64,000 nt of DNA from Scyliorhinus canicula (taxonomy: Eukaryota), in contig NC_052160.1 in assembly GCF_902713615.1 (NCBI RefSeq), forward strand, positions 9,672,001-9,736,000. Direction: 5' to 3'. Below, in pieces: positions 49,426 through 60,880 of this stretch. The notes under the pieces are model-generated. The model was given only the letters and a program-made list of their open reading frames with translations, did no database searches and was not told the origin of the DNA. A program made the position numbers and the translations under genes. Position 1 is the first letter of the stretch. Every line of letters starts with the position of its first letter.

Positions 49426-50519
49426 GTTACATTATATATATATAATATAATGGCTGTCAGTTAGACTGCTTAAATAGAAAATGTGGCCCAATCGGTCCTT
49501 AGCAGTGTTAATCCTCCATGCGAGTATATCATTCTATTCACATTTACCCAGCCTTTTCTCATGTCCTTTCAACACCTTTTCCTTTGCTTACCCATCCAGT
49601 CCAAATGCTGACAATTTCTCTCTTAACCACAGATGCCGGAATTGAATTTCATAGCCTCTGTGAAGAGGTTTCTCCTGCCCCATCCTTTAAATCTCTTTCA
49701 TAATATCTTCTATACATCACCTCTCATTCTAGCTCCCAACACTCTACTTTTAACCACCTGTCTCATCCTTACAACATTTTACACACTCCTGTTTTGTCAT
49801 AATCATATTCGCTGCTGACGCAAAGAATGGCAGTCTGACTAGAAGATCCTTGAATGCGACAAGAAGAGAAAGGTTTTGGTTGACATAATGAGGTTGTCAC
49901 CGCTCAAATCAAATCATTCTATGAATGCAGTTCAGCTGCCTGGAGAAAATATTTTAATTAAGAGCTCCTGTTCCTTCTCCAAATACAAATCTATTTTCAT
50001 ATTGGGAATTCATTTACCAGAAACATAATGGCAAACAAGCTTATGTATAGATGGGAGTGGAGATGGGTTCTACTTATTGATCCTGGTCTTATCAATATTA
50101 CCCTGGCAAACGTTGAAGTAAGTGACCAGTATTGCATATTGAGTGGAGTTGGTACAGTTGCCATTGAATTCCTGTTGCAAGTTCATTTCATAGTACCAGA
50201 TTCAGATATGTTAACAGAAGTTGTCTCATGCATAAGTTCACTTGATGGATTGCCCTTCGAACGTTTCTCCATGCTAGATTCCCTGCTGCAGATAAATAGC
50301 TGGATCTTATTAAAGTACAAAATTCATTCGTGATACTTAATTTACATGTGTTAATAAGTTGAACTCTGATTATTTTTGATAAGTGATATAACTTGCCTGC
50401 ATTGCCATCTGCTCAACTACTTTTTGTGGATAAAATTCCTGGTACGTTTCTGATTTTCTGATTTATGGAATTGTGAGGAGATTGCAAATTCTGTGTTTGG
50501 ACATTTCATTCTGTGTGGT

Positions 50520-51365
50520 GTGACAAATGCAGGATTTTAGATATAATAGATAAACATTTGTCAATTTAAGGGTTAACAGCCTGGGTTAGAGAGTTTGACT
50601 ACAGCAGTCCTTTTTTTAATGTTGTTTTGCAAGACCATAAAGCTTTTAGGAGCCAGAGGTGAAATTGACCAGAGTAAAAAAACAGTCTAGGTAAATGCAG
50701 ACTGTGGGAGTCCCTGGGGAGTACATGTGTTTTCAGCCTGGAGAGTAAATTTGTTTTCAGCTTGGGGAGATGATGCAATTGCTGGGTGGATCTAAGCTAT
50801 TTAGACATTTTGAGAAAGCGTTGGAGGTAAGTTCTCATCTGGCAACCTTTTCGTCCACACGCAAGGTCTTTTGCACTCGCAGTAGGATAGTTTTATATAT
50901 ATAATAGTATTTAAAGCAGAGCAGACTTGTCTCCGGACAAGGGAAAGGCTGAAAAGAAACAGTTGAAACTGTTTTTTGAAGACATCCAGCCAGAGTCTGC
51001 AGAGGTTCTAACAGGAGCCAAATCTGTTGTGGAAATCCTATTACTCTGTGCCGTTGGGCTGTGGGGTGGGTTGAGAGCTGTATCTTTCCTTTCTTCTTGT
51101 TTAATTGGGAATAGAGAGATGGTAATTGAATGTATTTTGTATATACTCTATTGAGTAGTATTGTTTATGGGGTAATTGTAACCTATTTTTGGGTGTGATG
51201 TTAAATAATTTAATATTGTATTAATAATAAAGTTCAAATACCAAATCCCTATTTCTTCCTGCAATTACTTCTGGAGTGAAGCATTCTTTCCGTGCAGTTT
51301 TATAAAATAAGATATTGGGGTTTGGTCCAGTATCCCAGCCACTTTTGGGGTCTGGGATCTTAATA
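50520..51365 (+). mobile_element. LTR-like element
   Basis: Starts TGTGACA; 3' end shared with 22335-23330. Confidence 0.5.
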
Positions 51366-51469
51366 ATGCATTGTATATACTTTTCCTTGGGTTTAGCATC
51401 AGATATTTATGTGACCATTTGAAATATTTAAAATAGCCCAATTCAATCCTTAATTTTAATGGCTATTTG

Positions 51470-51640
51470 GATTTGTTTATTGTCATGTGTATTGCGATAC
51501 AGTGAAAAGTATTGTTCTGCGTACAGTCCAGACAGGTAATTCCATACATGAGAAATACACAATGCAAATACATAGAATCAGGCATTGGATGAAGCATACA
51601 GGAGTGTGGTACTACTCCGTAGAGAAGATGTGTGAAGAGA
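51470..51640 (-). mobile_element. Rex1/Babar 3' tail fragment
   Basis: Matches the tails at 11690 and 59485. Confidence 0.7.
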
Positions 51641-54600
51641 TTTTACAATAGCTCCCTTTATTCTTCACTCTTGCAGAATAAATAAATAAATAAATCAGAA
51701 ATGTGATCTATGTTTGAGTTAATAAAAGTTCCGTATTTCATAATTTGTGATGCATCTTAATCTGTTTTAATGTCAGGTGATTCTTTATCGTTCTGTGTCA
51801 TGAAGTGATTATCACAGTGGATTGCTCCCATGATTTTGTTACGTGCATTTTGTAGCAGAGATATCAAGCCAAGAGTTACACAGAAATTGTGCTAACCTGA
51901 TGAATGCTGCTCTCACGGGAAAACTGAAAGTAGGAAACGTGGATTAATAGATTTCTCTTTAGACCCTTGTTGTGAAGAAACATTGAGTTTGCCATGAGGG
52001 AAGGTTTCTCCTCTTTCCTCCCCCTCCCCACTTCAAATAGTTTATAGTCATTGTTCTCAAGTTTGTGAATAGAAGTGTTCTTGTTTGGCTGGACATGGCA
52101 GCTGTATCTTTCACAGTGGTGGTGAGGCATCTTCTGTCCTAGTGTTCGCCTATTTCCCATAAGCAAAATAGAACAATAAAAACACAGTAAGCTCAGGAGT
52201 ATGACTTTGAAAGTGAAATTGTGCTAATCTCAATACTTGAATTGTAAGATATGAATCGCTATCCTTTTTTCATCATTCCACTTCAACTTCTCACTCCACT
52301 ATCTCTGACTCTCACCTCTCCCCATTCCTCTGTTTCTTTCCTTGCCCTTCCACAAGACACCCTTTCTGATCTTTTTACCATTGTGTCCAATTGATTTTGA
52401 TTGTTTAGCATATTTGTTTTCATTTGTCACATTTCTCATGTTGATTTCTGTACACAGGCACAAAATAAATTCACAAGACTAAATTAGTATTTCAATTCAA
52501 TATTATTATAATCATGTCATGGAAATATATATATTAAGCTATATTTATGCTTACCAATGTTTGTTTATTTTGCTAAAACAACATAGCATACCCTCTGTTT
52601 CTGTAGTACATTTTGTTAGAACCTGTTACATTTGCCCACTGGAAGAATTGGTGTGTTTGTGTGTAAGAAGTTGAGTACAAAGAGAATTTATTTTGTGATA
52701 CAAGAAAAATGATTAACTAGCTAAGCCAGCATTGCTGTGCTCAGAATTGAACCAATGTATGGGTTTGCATTCAGAGTTCCAGTAAGACAATTACACTTCA
52801 ATGCTTCAAAGCTTAATTGTGTAGTTTATGTTGAAGGTTCTGTGTGGACATTGTTTCCATTGTATTCTTTAACAGTATTAACAACCTTGATGTTTGAGGC
52901 TCTAGCTGGCAGTAAAAAAAATGCCCACTATAAATAGCAGCTTTCACAGATCGAGAGAATGTGTTATAAAAATTAATGGCCTGTGAATCTATTCCATGAC
53001 TGGTGATTGATAGTCAAAACAAAATTGAATAACCCCAATATATTAACAACCAACCTACATGGACCCTTAACAGTAATAATGAATGTGGTTTAAAGTAGTA
53101 TTGAGTTGCTCTTTAGTCCTTTGGTAATTATGTTAATATACTTTCACTAATCAAGAAATTAAACAATCCTACCAATATTTTGCTTTAACTGGGTGGTATC
53201 TCATTGGCGTTACTAATAAAGTGCAGAGATGGAACGTTCATCCCATCTGGCATTGAAAATCTCATCTGTGCCTTTATCACCTCCCAGGTTCAATTAGTTC
53301 AATACTCTGCTGTGTTCCATGCTCTTGTAAAAATAGCTTATCCAAAATTCTGCTTTTATACCAACCATACCAAATCCTTTTTGCCTATCGCCCCTCTTCT
53401 TGCTGACCTACAGTAGCTTTATTGTACGACATTCTGAAGGGAGAGGGTGAACAGCCAATTCTCGTGGTATACATTGGTACAAACAACATGGGTTTTTTTA
53501 AAAATGAGGTCCTAAAAGTAGAACACAGGGAGTTAGGAAGCAAATTGAAATGTAGGACCTCCAAGGTGGTTGTCTCAGGATTACTACCAGTGCCACCTGC
53601 TAGTCTATGCATAAACAGTGGGACATATAGGATGAATATGTGACTGAAAATGTGGTGTATGGGGAAGGTTTTCAGATTCCTGGGGCAATGGGACTGATTC
53701 TGTAAGCATCCCATGATCTATTCTGGGGGAGGTAGGACCAGTACAAACTGGAGGGGTTACATCTGGGCAGAACCGGGTCTGCTGTCCTTTGCGGGGGGAG
53801 GGGGGTTCTTGTCAGAGCATTCGGAGAGGGTTTAAACTAATTTGGCAGGGGGGTGGGAACCACTAAGGGTTCACAGCAGGACAAATCAAGAACAAGAAAG
53901 GCAACAAGGAGAATTGGAACAGTGATAGGCAGAGACATTAAGGGCACAATAAAAAAAATAGTAGGACCGGGTCAAGGAACGTTAAAAGGACGGTTTTGTA
54001 CCTGAACACTCAAAGCATTCAGAATAAAATATAATACAGCCTTGATTAATTAGTTGCACAGATAGATGTGAAGGGGTATGATATAATTGAGATTACGAGA
54101 CATGCCTCCATGGTGACCAAGGATGGGAACTAAACATTGAGGGCGATTCAGTTTTTAGGTAGGACAGGCAAGAAGGAAAAGGTGATGGAGTTGCATTGTT
54201 GATTAAAGAAGATATTGATGCAATATAGAGGAAGTATATGAGCACAGCCGATGTGGAATATGTATGTGTTGAATTAAGAAACGCCAGGGGGTAAAACAAT
54301 ATTCGTAGGGGCGGTATACAGACGACCGGGTGGGTCTAGCACAGTGGACTAAACAGCTGGCTTCTAATGCAGAACAAGGCCAGCAGCGTGGGTTCAATTC
54401 CCATACCAGCCTCCCCAAACAGGTGCCGGAATGTGGCTTTTATATGCATAGTGAGGTAGCTTTTCACAGTAACTTCATTGAAGCCTACTTGTGACAATAA
54501 GCAATTATTATTACTAAACTGTAGTAGTAATGTTGGGAATAATATATAATAATAATCTTTATCAGGGCAGCACGGTGGCCTAGTGGTTAGCACAACCGCC

Positions 54601-55096
54601 TCACGGCGCTGAGGTCCCAGGTTCGATCCCGGCTCTGGGTCACTGTCCGTGTGGAGTTTGCACGTTCTCCCCGTGTCTGCGTGGGTTTCGCCCCCACAAC
54701 CCAAAAATGTGCAACGTAGGTGGATTGGCCACGCTAAATTGCCCCTTAATCGGAAAAAAATAATTGGCTAATCTAAATTTTAAAAAAAAAATAATAATCT
54801 TTATTGCCACAAGTAGGCTTACATTCAGAACATCTGTGATTTATGGGTGACTTTAAAGTCTGCATATAGATTGGGTAGGTCTAATTAGTCACCATACAAT
54901 AGAGGAAAACATTTTGGAGTGCACATGGGATGGTTTTCTGGACCAATACATTGAGGAACTAACAAGGGAACAGGCCACCTTGGACTGAGAATTGTGCAAT
55001 GAGAATGGATTAGTTGGCAATCTAGTTGTGAGAGAGCCCTTGGGGATGAGTGACCATAATATGATAGAATTCTTTATCATTGTGGATAGTGAGGTA

Positions 55097-55340
55097 ACCA
55101 AAGAGAAAATGCTGGAAAATCTCAGCAGGTCTGGCAGCATCTGCAGGGAGAGAAAAGACCTAACTTTTTTTGAGACCAGATGACCCTTTGTCAAAAGTCA
55201 GGGCTTTGACAAAGGGTCATCTGGACTCGAAGCGTTAGCTCTTTTCTCTCCCTACAGATGCGGCCAGACCTGCTGATATTTTCCAGCATTTTCTCTTTGG
55301 TTTCAGATTTCAGCATCTGCAGTAATTTGCTTTTATATGC
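55097..55340. mobile_element. Penelope-type inverted terminal-repeat insertion with a hammerhead ribozyme motif
   Basis: ~100-bp inverted arms (55097-55195 / 55204-55301); 11-bp TSD ATAGTGAGGTA at 55086-55096 and 55341-55351. Confidence 0.75.
55200..55242 (+). ncRNA. Minimal type I hammerhead ribozyme fold (U3-A8 variant; this copy has A15.1->G)
   Basis: Stem I AGGGCU/AGCUCU, core UUGACAA plus an extra A, stem II GGGUC-aucug-GACUC, then GAA-g-CGUU. Confidence 0.55.
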
Positions 55341-55399
55341 ATAGTGAGGTAGTTGATTCTGAAACCAGGGTCCTGAATCTCAATAAAGGTAACAGTGAT

Positions 55400-57713
55400 G
55401 AAGGTACTGGCGGGTAGGCTGGAGGAGTGCCTCCCGAAGGTGGTAGGTGAAGATCAGACTGGGTTTATGAGAGAGAGGCAGCTCTTTTCAAAGGGTATTG
55501 AACGTGGTTATGGCACTGGCGGAGGGGAAGGAAACAGGTGGTTGTGGCATTGGACTCTTGAGAAGGTGTTTGACAGGGTAGAATGGGGGTACTTGATGGC
55601 AGTTCTGGAGCGGTTTGGGATTGGACCAAGGTTTGTGGACTGGGTAAAGCTACTATATAAGGAGCCGAGGGCGAGTGTCTGCACAAATAACATCAGCTTG
55701 AGATACTTTTCTCTCCACCGTGGGACTAGGCAGGGTTGTCCTATGTCCCCCTGCTGTTTGCACTCTCAATTGAGCCATTGGCCATCGCATTAAGAAGTTC
55801 GGGGGTATGGAAAGGAATAGTGCGGGGGTGGGTGGGGCAGAGCATAGGGCGTCCTTATATGCTGATGACTTGCTGTTATACGTGTCGGAATCGAGTGTGT
55901 CAATAGGTGGAATATTGGAGTTGCTTCGGGTGTTTGGGTCTGTCTTGGGGTACAAACTAAATCCAGACAAGAGTGAGTATTTTGTGGTGTCTCGGCAGGG
56001 GTGAGGGATCTGCCATTCCGTAGGGCATGGACTCACTTCAGGGGGTGCAGGTCGCCTGGGGTGGGGGGGGGGGGCTTCGCAGGTACAACATTTTTAGTCT
56101 GATGGGGAGAGTGAAAGCTGATCTGGCGAGATGAATGGTCTCCCTCTGTCACTGGCGGGTCGGGTACAGGCAGTTAAAGTGAACGTGTTGCCGCGATTTC
56201 TGTTTATTTTCCAATGCCTGCTGATTTTCCTGCCAACGGCATTCTTCAGAGAAGTTGAAGGAATGATTACTTTGTTCATGTGGGGAGGTAAGGTGGCCAG
56301 AGTTAGAAAGGTGCTGCTACAGAAGGGAAGGCAGGCAGGGGGTTTGGATCTTCCGAACCTGATGTATTATTACTGGGCGGCGAATGTGGAGAAGGTGTGG
56401 AGCTGGGTCAGAGGGGTTGATTCCCAGTGGGTCAGAATGGAGGAGAGTTTGTGCAGGGGGTCAGGATTGAAAGCACTAGCAACAGTGCCGCTCCCGATGG
56501 CCCTGGGGAAATACTCAGAGTCCGGTAATAATAGCTTCATTGAGAATTTGGAGGCAGTTTCGCCAACACTTCGGGTTGGGGACAGAGTCAGGGGAAATGC
56601 CAATTCGGGGAACCACAGATTTGAGCCAAGGAGGTGGATGGAAATTTTCGGAAATGGGAGGAGATGGGGATTAAGACACTAAAAGATTTGTTTCTTGGGG
56701 GTCGGATTGAAGGAGCTGGAAGCGAAGTATGGGCTGGAGTAGGGGGAAATGTTTAGATTTATGCAGGTTCGAGATTTTGCCAGAAAGGAGATACAGAGCC
56801 TCCTGATGGAGCCGCTGAGGACAGGGGCAACTGGAGAAGGGGTAGTGTCGGCAGTTTACGGAGCTATTTTGGAAGAGGAGAAGGCACCACTGGAAGGGAT
56901 CAAAGCAAAGTGGGAGGAATAGATGGGAGAGGATATGGAGAAGGGCTTCTGGTGTGAGGAGCTCCGGAGAGTGAACGCCTCAACCTTGTGTGCGAGGTTG
57001 GGGCTGATACAGCTGAAGGTGGTATATGGAGCACATCTCACGAGGGTGAGGATGAGCCGATTCTTTGAGGGGGTAACAGATGTGTGTGAAGGTTGCGGGG
57101 AGGGCCCCGCAAACCACGTTCATATGTTTTGGTTCGGTCCAAAACTGGAGGATTACTGAAGGGAGGTTTTTGGGGTAATCTCTAAAGTGGTGCACGTGAA
57201 ACTGGACCCGGGCCCCCGGGGTGACCATATTCGGAGTGTCGGGCGAGCCGGGGTTGGAAGCAGGTGCGGAGGCAGTTATAGCCTTTGCCTCGTTGATCGC
57301 CCGAAGGCGGATCCTGATGGGATGGAGAGCAACCTCTCCACCCTGTGCCCTGGCATGGCAGGGGGACCTGTTGGAATTCTTGACGCTTGAGAAGGTTAAG
57401 TTTGAACTGAGGGGAAGGATGGAGGGGTTCTACAATTCATGGGCGTTATTCATTATGCATTTTCAAGAACTGGATAACATCAAACGTGGGTTGGGGGGAG
57501 GGGTGTGTGTTAATGGTGATTATGGGTGATTCCTGCTGCCTTTTTTGTCATTTGTTTATGTGAACATGCCGGTAATGTTTGGGGTTTGGTGGGAGGATGG
57601 GGTCGTTGTTATTGATATGGGGATTGACATATTCGTCACTGATTATTGTTTATTGTTGGTGGCTGTAAAGTGGAGAAAATATGAAAACGGAGGAGAATAA
57701 AAATGTTTCTTTA
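55400..57713 (+). mobile_element. Older L1-clade LINE (RT to 3' end, many frameshifts)
   Basis: DQTGF, RGTRQGCP, SLYADD, GGLDLPNL, HVHMFW; TSD AAAGGTAACAGTGAT / AAAAGTAACAATGAT (13/15) at 55385-55399 and 57714-57728. Confidence 0.9.
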
Positions 57714-58674
57714 AAAAGTAACAATGATAGTATGAGGCAAGAGTTGATTATGATGGACAGGGAAACATCACTAAAAGGAAGGACAGTGAGCAAGGAACGA
57801 ATAGGTGAACTCCAAAAGTTGTTTATTCCGATTTTGTCGAAACCATGGCTTACAAGGGAAATTATTGATAGCATTAGATTCAAAGAAGAAGGGAAGGTCT
57901 CCGCGGAACTCAATACAGTTCCAAAAACAAATAACAGGGCAGAGAGTAAAGAAATAGTCAGAAACCTAACTTTAGGAACTGCAGCTAACGGTAAAACTGC
58001 AAGATGTATAATGGTTAATGGGAACCAAAGAAGCAGGTCAGCATGTGAGGAGAAGGTAGAACTTAATAGTTTGAACAGGCAGGACCAGTCTAATGATAAC
58101 GGAGGAGAAAGGAAATGTAAAAAATAAAAATGTAAGGTGACTGGGGTCGTGAACGTTGGGGACGAGGCTGAGTGTTATCAGAGTTGAAATCCGAACTCGG
58201 AACAGGAGTAGGCCATCTGGCCTTTCGAGCCTGCTCCACCATTCAACAAGATCATGGCTGATCTTTTGTGGACTCGGCTCCACTTTCCCGCCCAAACACC
58301 TTAACCCTTTATTCTTCAAAAAACTATCTATGTTTATCTTGAAAACATTCAATGAAGGAGCCTCAACTACTTCACTGGGCAGGGAATTCCATAGATTCAT
58401 TACCCTTTGGGTGAAGAAGTTCCTCCTAAGCTCAGTCCTAATAAATTGGTCTTCTGTCAATTGGCAGGCAGTGACTAGTGGGAAGTATACTGCAGGGATC
58501 TGTTCTAGGACCCCAACTGTTCACATTCTATATTAATGATTTGTACGAGAGAACTAAATGTATTATCTCCAAATTTGCAGATGATACAAAGTTGGGGGGG
58601 AGATGTGAGGAAGATCCAGAGATGCTTCAGCGTGATTTGGTCAGGCTGAGTGAGTGTGCATATGCCTGCTGTAC

Positions 58675-58918
58675 CTGCGCGCTTACTTTCAGCAACTGAT
58701 GCACAAGAACACCAAGGTCTTGCTGAGTATCCACCTCTCTCAATTTACACCCGTTCATATAATAATCTGCCTTCCTATTTGTGTTAACAAAGCGGATAAC
58801 CTCACGTTTTTAAAATAGGATGGCAAATTATTATTTGAATGGGTGTAAATTGCGAGAGGTGGATACTCAGCCACACCTTGGTGTCCTTGTGCCTCAGTTG
58901 CTGAAAGTAAGTGCGCAG
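58675..58918. repeat. Inverted duplication within CR1 (arms 58675-58780 and 58813-58918)
   Basis: The arms are reverse complements at roughly 90% identity by eye. Confidence 0.85.
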
Positions 58919-59484
58919 GCAGTAAAGAAAGTAAATAGTATGTTGACCTTCATAACTAGATTTAAATATAGGGATGTTTTACTGCAATTGTGAAGGTCAT
59001 GGGTAAGGTCAAACCTGGAGTATTCTGTGCAGTTTGGTGTCCTTATCTGAGGAAGGATGTTCTTGCTTTGGAGGGAGTGCAGCAAAGGCTTACCAGGCTG
59101 ATACATGGAATGGCTGGACTGTCATGTGAGGAGAGACTAAATCGATTAGGATTCTATTCATTGGAATTAGAAGAGGGAAAGGAGATCTCATTCTAACAGG
59201 ATGAGACGGGGTAAATTCAGAAAGAATGTTCCCAATGGTGGGGGCGTCCAGAATTAGGGATCATAGTTTGCGGATAGGTGGTAACCTTTTATGACTGAGA
59301 TGAGGAAAATTTTCTTCTGTGCATAGAATCATAGAATTTACAGTGCAAAAGGAGATAATTCTGCCCATCAGGTCCACGCCAGCCCTCGGAAAGAGCACCC
59401 TACTTAAGCCCACACCTCCACCCTATCCCCATAACCCAACCTAACCTTTTCAGAGACCTGTGGCATTCACTACCACAGCAAGTA

Positions 59485-59930
59485 GTTGATTGGATTGGTT
59501 TATTGTCACGTCTACCGAGGTACAGTGAAACGTGTTGTCCTGTGTGCAGCTCAAACAGATCATTCCGTACATGAAAAGAAAATGCATAATAGGGCAATGT
59601 AAATGCATAGACACAGGCATCGAGTGAAGCATACGGGAGTGTAGTGTTACTCAGTAGAGAGATGTGTGAAGAGATCAGATTAGTGCACGAGTCCATCAGT
59701 CCATAAGAGGGTCATTTAGGAGTTTGGTAACAGTGGGAAATAAGCTATTTTTGAATCTGTTCGTATGTGTTCTCAGACTTTTGTATCTCCTGCCCGACCA
59801 ATGGAAGAGAGAATAAGCCGGATGAGAGGGGTCTTTGATTATCTTTCCCAAGACAACGGGAGGTTTAGACACAGTCAATGGATGGGAGGCGGGTTTGCAT
59901 GATGGACTGGGTAGTGTTCACGACTCTGTT
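59485..59930 (-). mobile_element. Rex1/Babar 3' fragment
   Basis: [13 protein letters not shown]...RFKNSLFP and tail, as at 11690. Confidence 0.85.
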
Positions 59931-60334
59931 TCTTCCAGTCTTGGGCTGAAAACGTTGCATGATTTCAAGAAGGAATTAGATATCGCATTTGGGGTTAACG
60001 GGATTATGGGGGGAGGGCGGAAGAAGGGTATTGAATTTGATGATAATGAATGGCGGAGCAGACTTGAAGGGCCAAATGATTTCCTCCAGCTTCTATTATA
60101 TGCATATGGTGAAATATAAAATTCTCCTCCATGTTAAAGTACTTTTAAAGCTAGGTCATGTTTCTAACTTCCTCAGGTCTGTTTCTTTGGTTCCAACCTC
60201 CTTCGCACTATCATTGATAGTCACATCTTCAGTTACCTCAGCTTCATGTCCCTTTGCCTCTTCCTATTCTTCTTTAACATCCAGCTTTTGGTCACACTTC
60301 TGAACCTCTTGGCTTGGCATCCATCTTTTTTGTA

Positions 60335-60880
60335 CTCCAGTTTCCTCCCATAGTCCAAAGATGTGCAGGTTATGTGGATTGATCATGATCAATTGCAATT
60401 GCCCCTTAGTACCCAGGGATGGACTGGTCAGGTTGCGGGATAGGGTGGGGTGGCAGGGGAGTGGACCTTGGTAGAGTGCTCTTTGCGGCAGCACGGTAGC
60501 ATAGTGGTTAGCACAATTGTTTCACAGCGCCAGAGTCCCAGGTTCGATTCCCGGCTTGGGTCCCTGTCTGTGCGGAGTCTGCATGTTCTACTTGTGTGTG
60601 TGTGTGGGTTTTCTCCGGTTTCCTCCCACAGTCCAAAGATGTGTAGGTGGATTGGCCATGCTAAATTGCCCTTAGTGTCCAAAATTGCCCTTAATGTTGG
60701 GTGGGGTTACTGGGTAATGGGGATAGGGTGGGGGTGTTGGCTTGGGTAGGGTGTTCTTTCCAAGAGCCGGTGCAGACGCGATGGGCCGAATGGCCTCCTG
60801 CACTGTAAATTCTATGAGAAGGGTCGATGCGGATGATGCAGACCAAATGGCCTCCTTCTGCACTGTAAGGATTCCATGAT
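60335..60880 (+). mobile_element. V-SINE nested within a V-SINE
   Basis: A full copy (~60487-60817) splits the tail of an older copy. Confidence 0.8.

Larger units (their letters stand above)
53400..59320 (+). mobile_element. Degenerate CR1 LINE (ORF1 SGNH-esterase remnant to ORF2 end), heavily interrupted
   Basis: PILVVYIGTNN (ORF1 esterase), LGMSDHN (endonuclease), QGSVLGP and KFADD (RT). Nested SINEs at 54330-54515 and 54564-54785, a Penelope repeat and an L1. Confidence 0.85.

Noticed and set aside
60120-60335. Glu/Lys-rich coding-like segment on minus as an exon or pseudogene
   Set aside because: Contains stops, is antisense to UBN1, and looks more like a decayed RTE-type LINE 3' end.
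8350-60880. tRNA genes suggested by A/B-box motifs
   Set aside because: All are SINE heads continuing into V-domain or LINE-like tails; no full cloverleaf was found.
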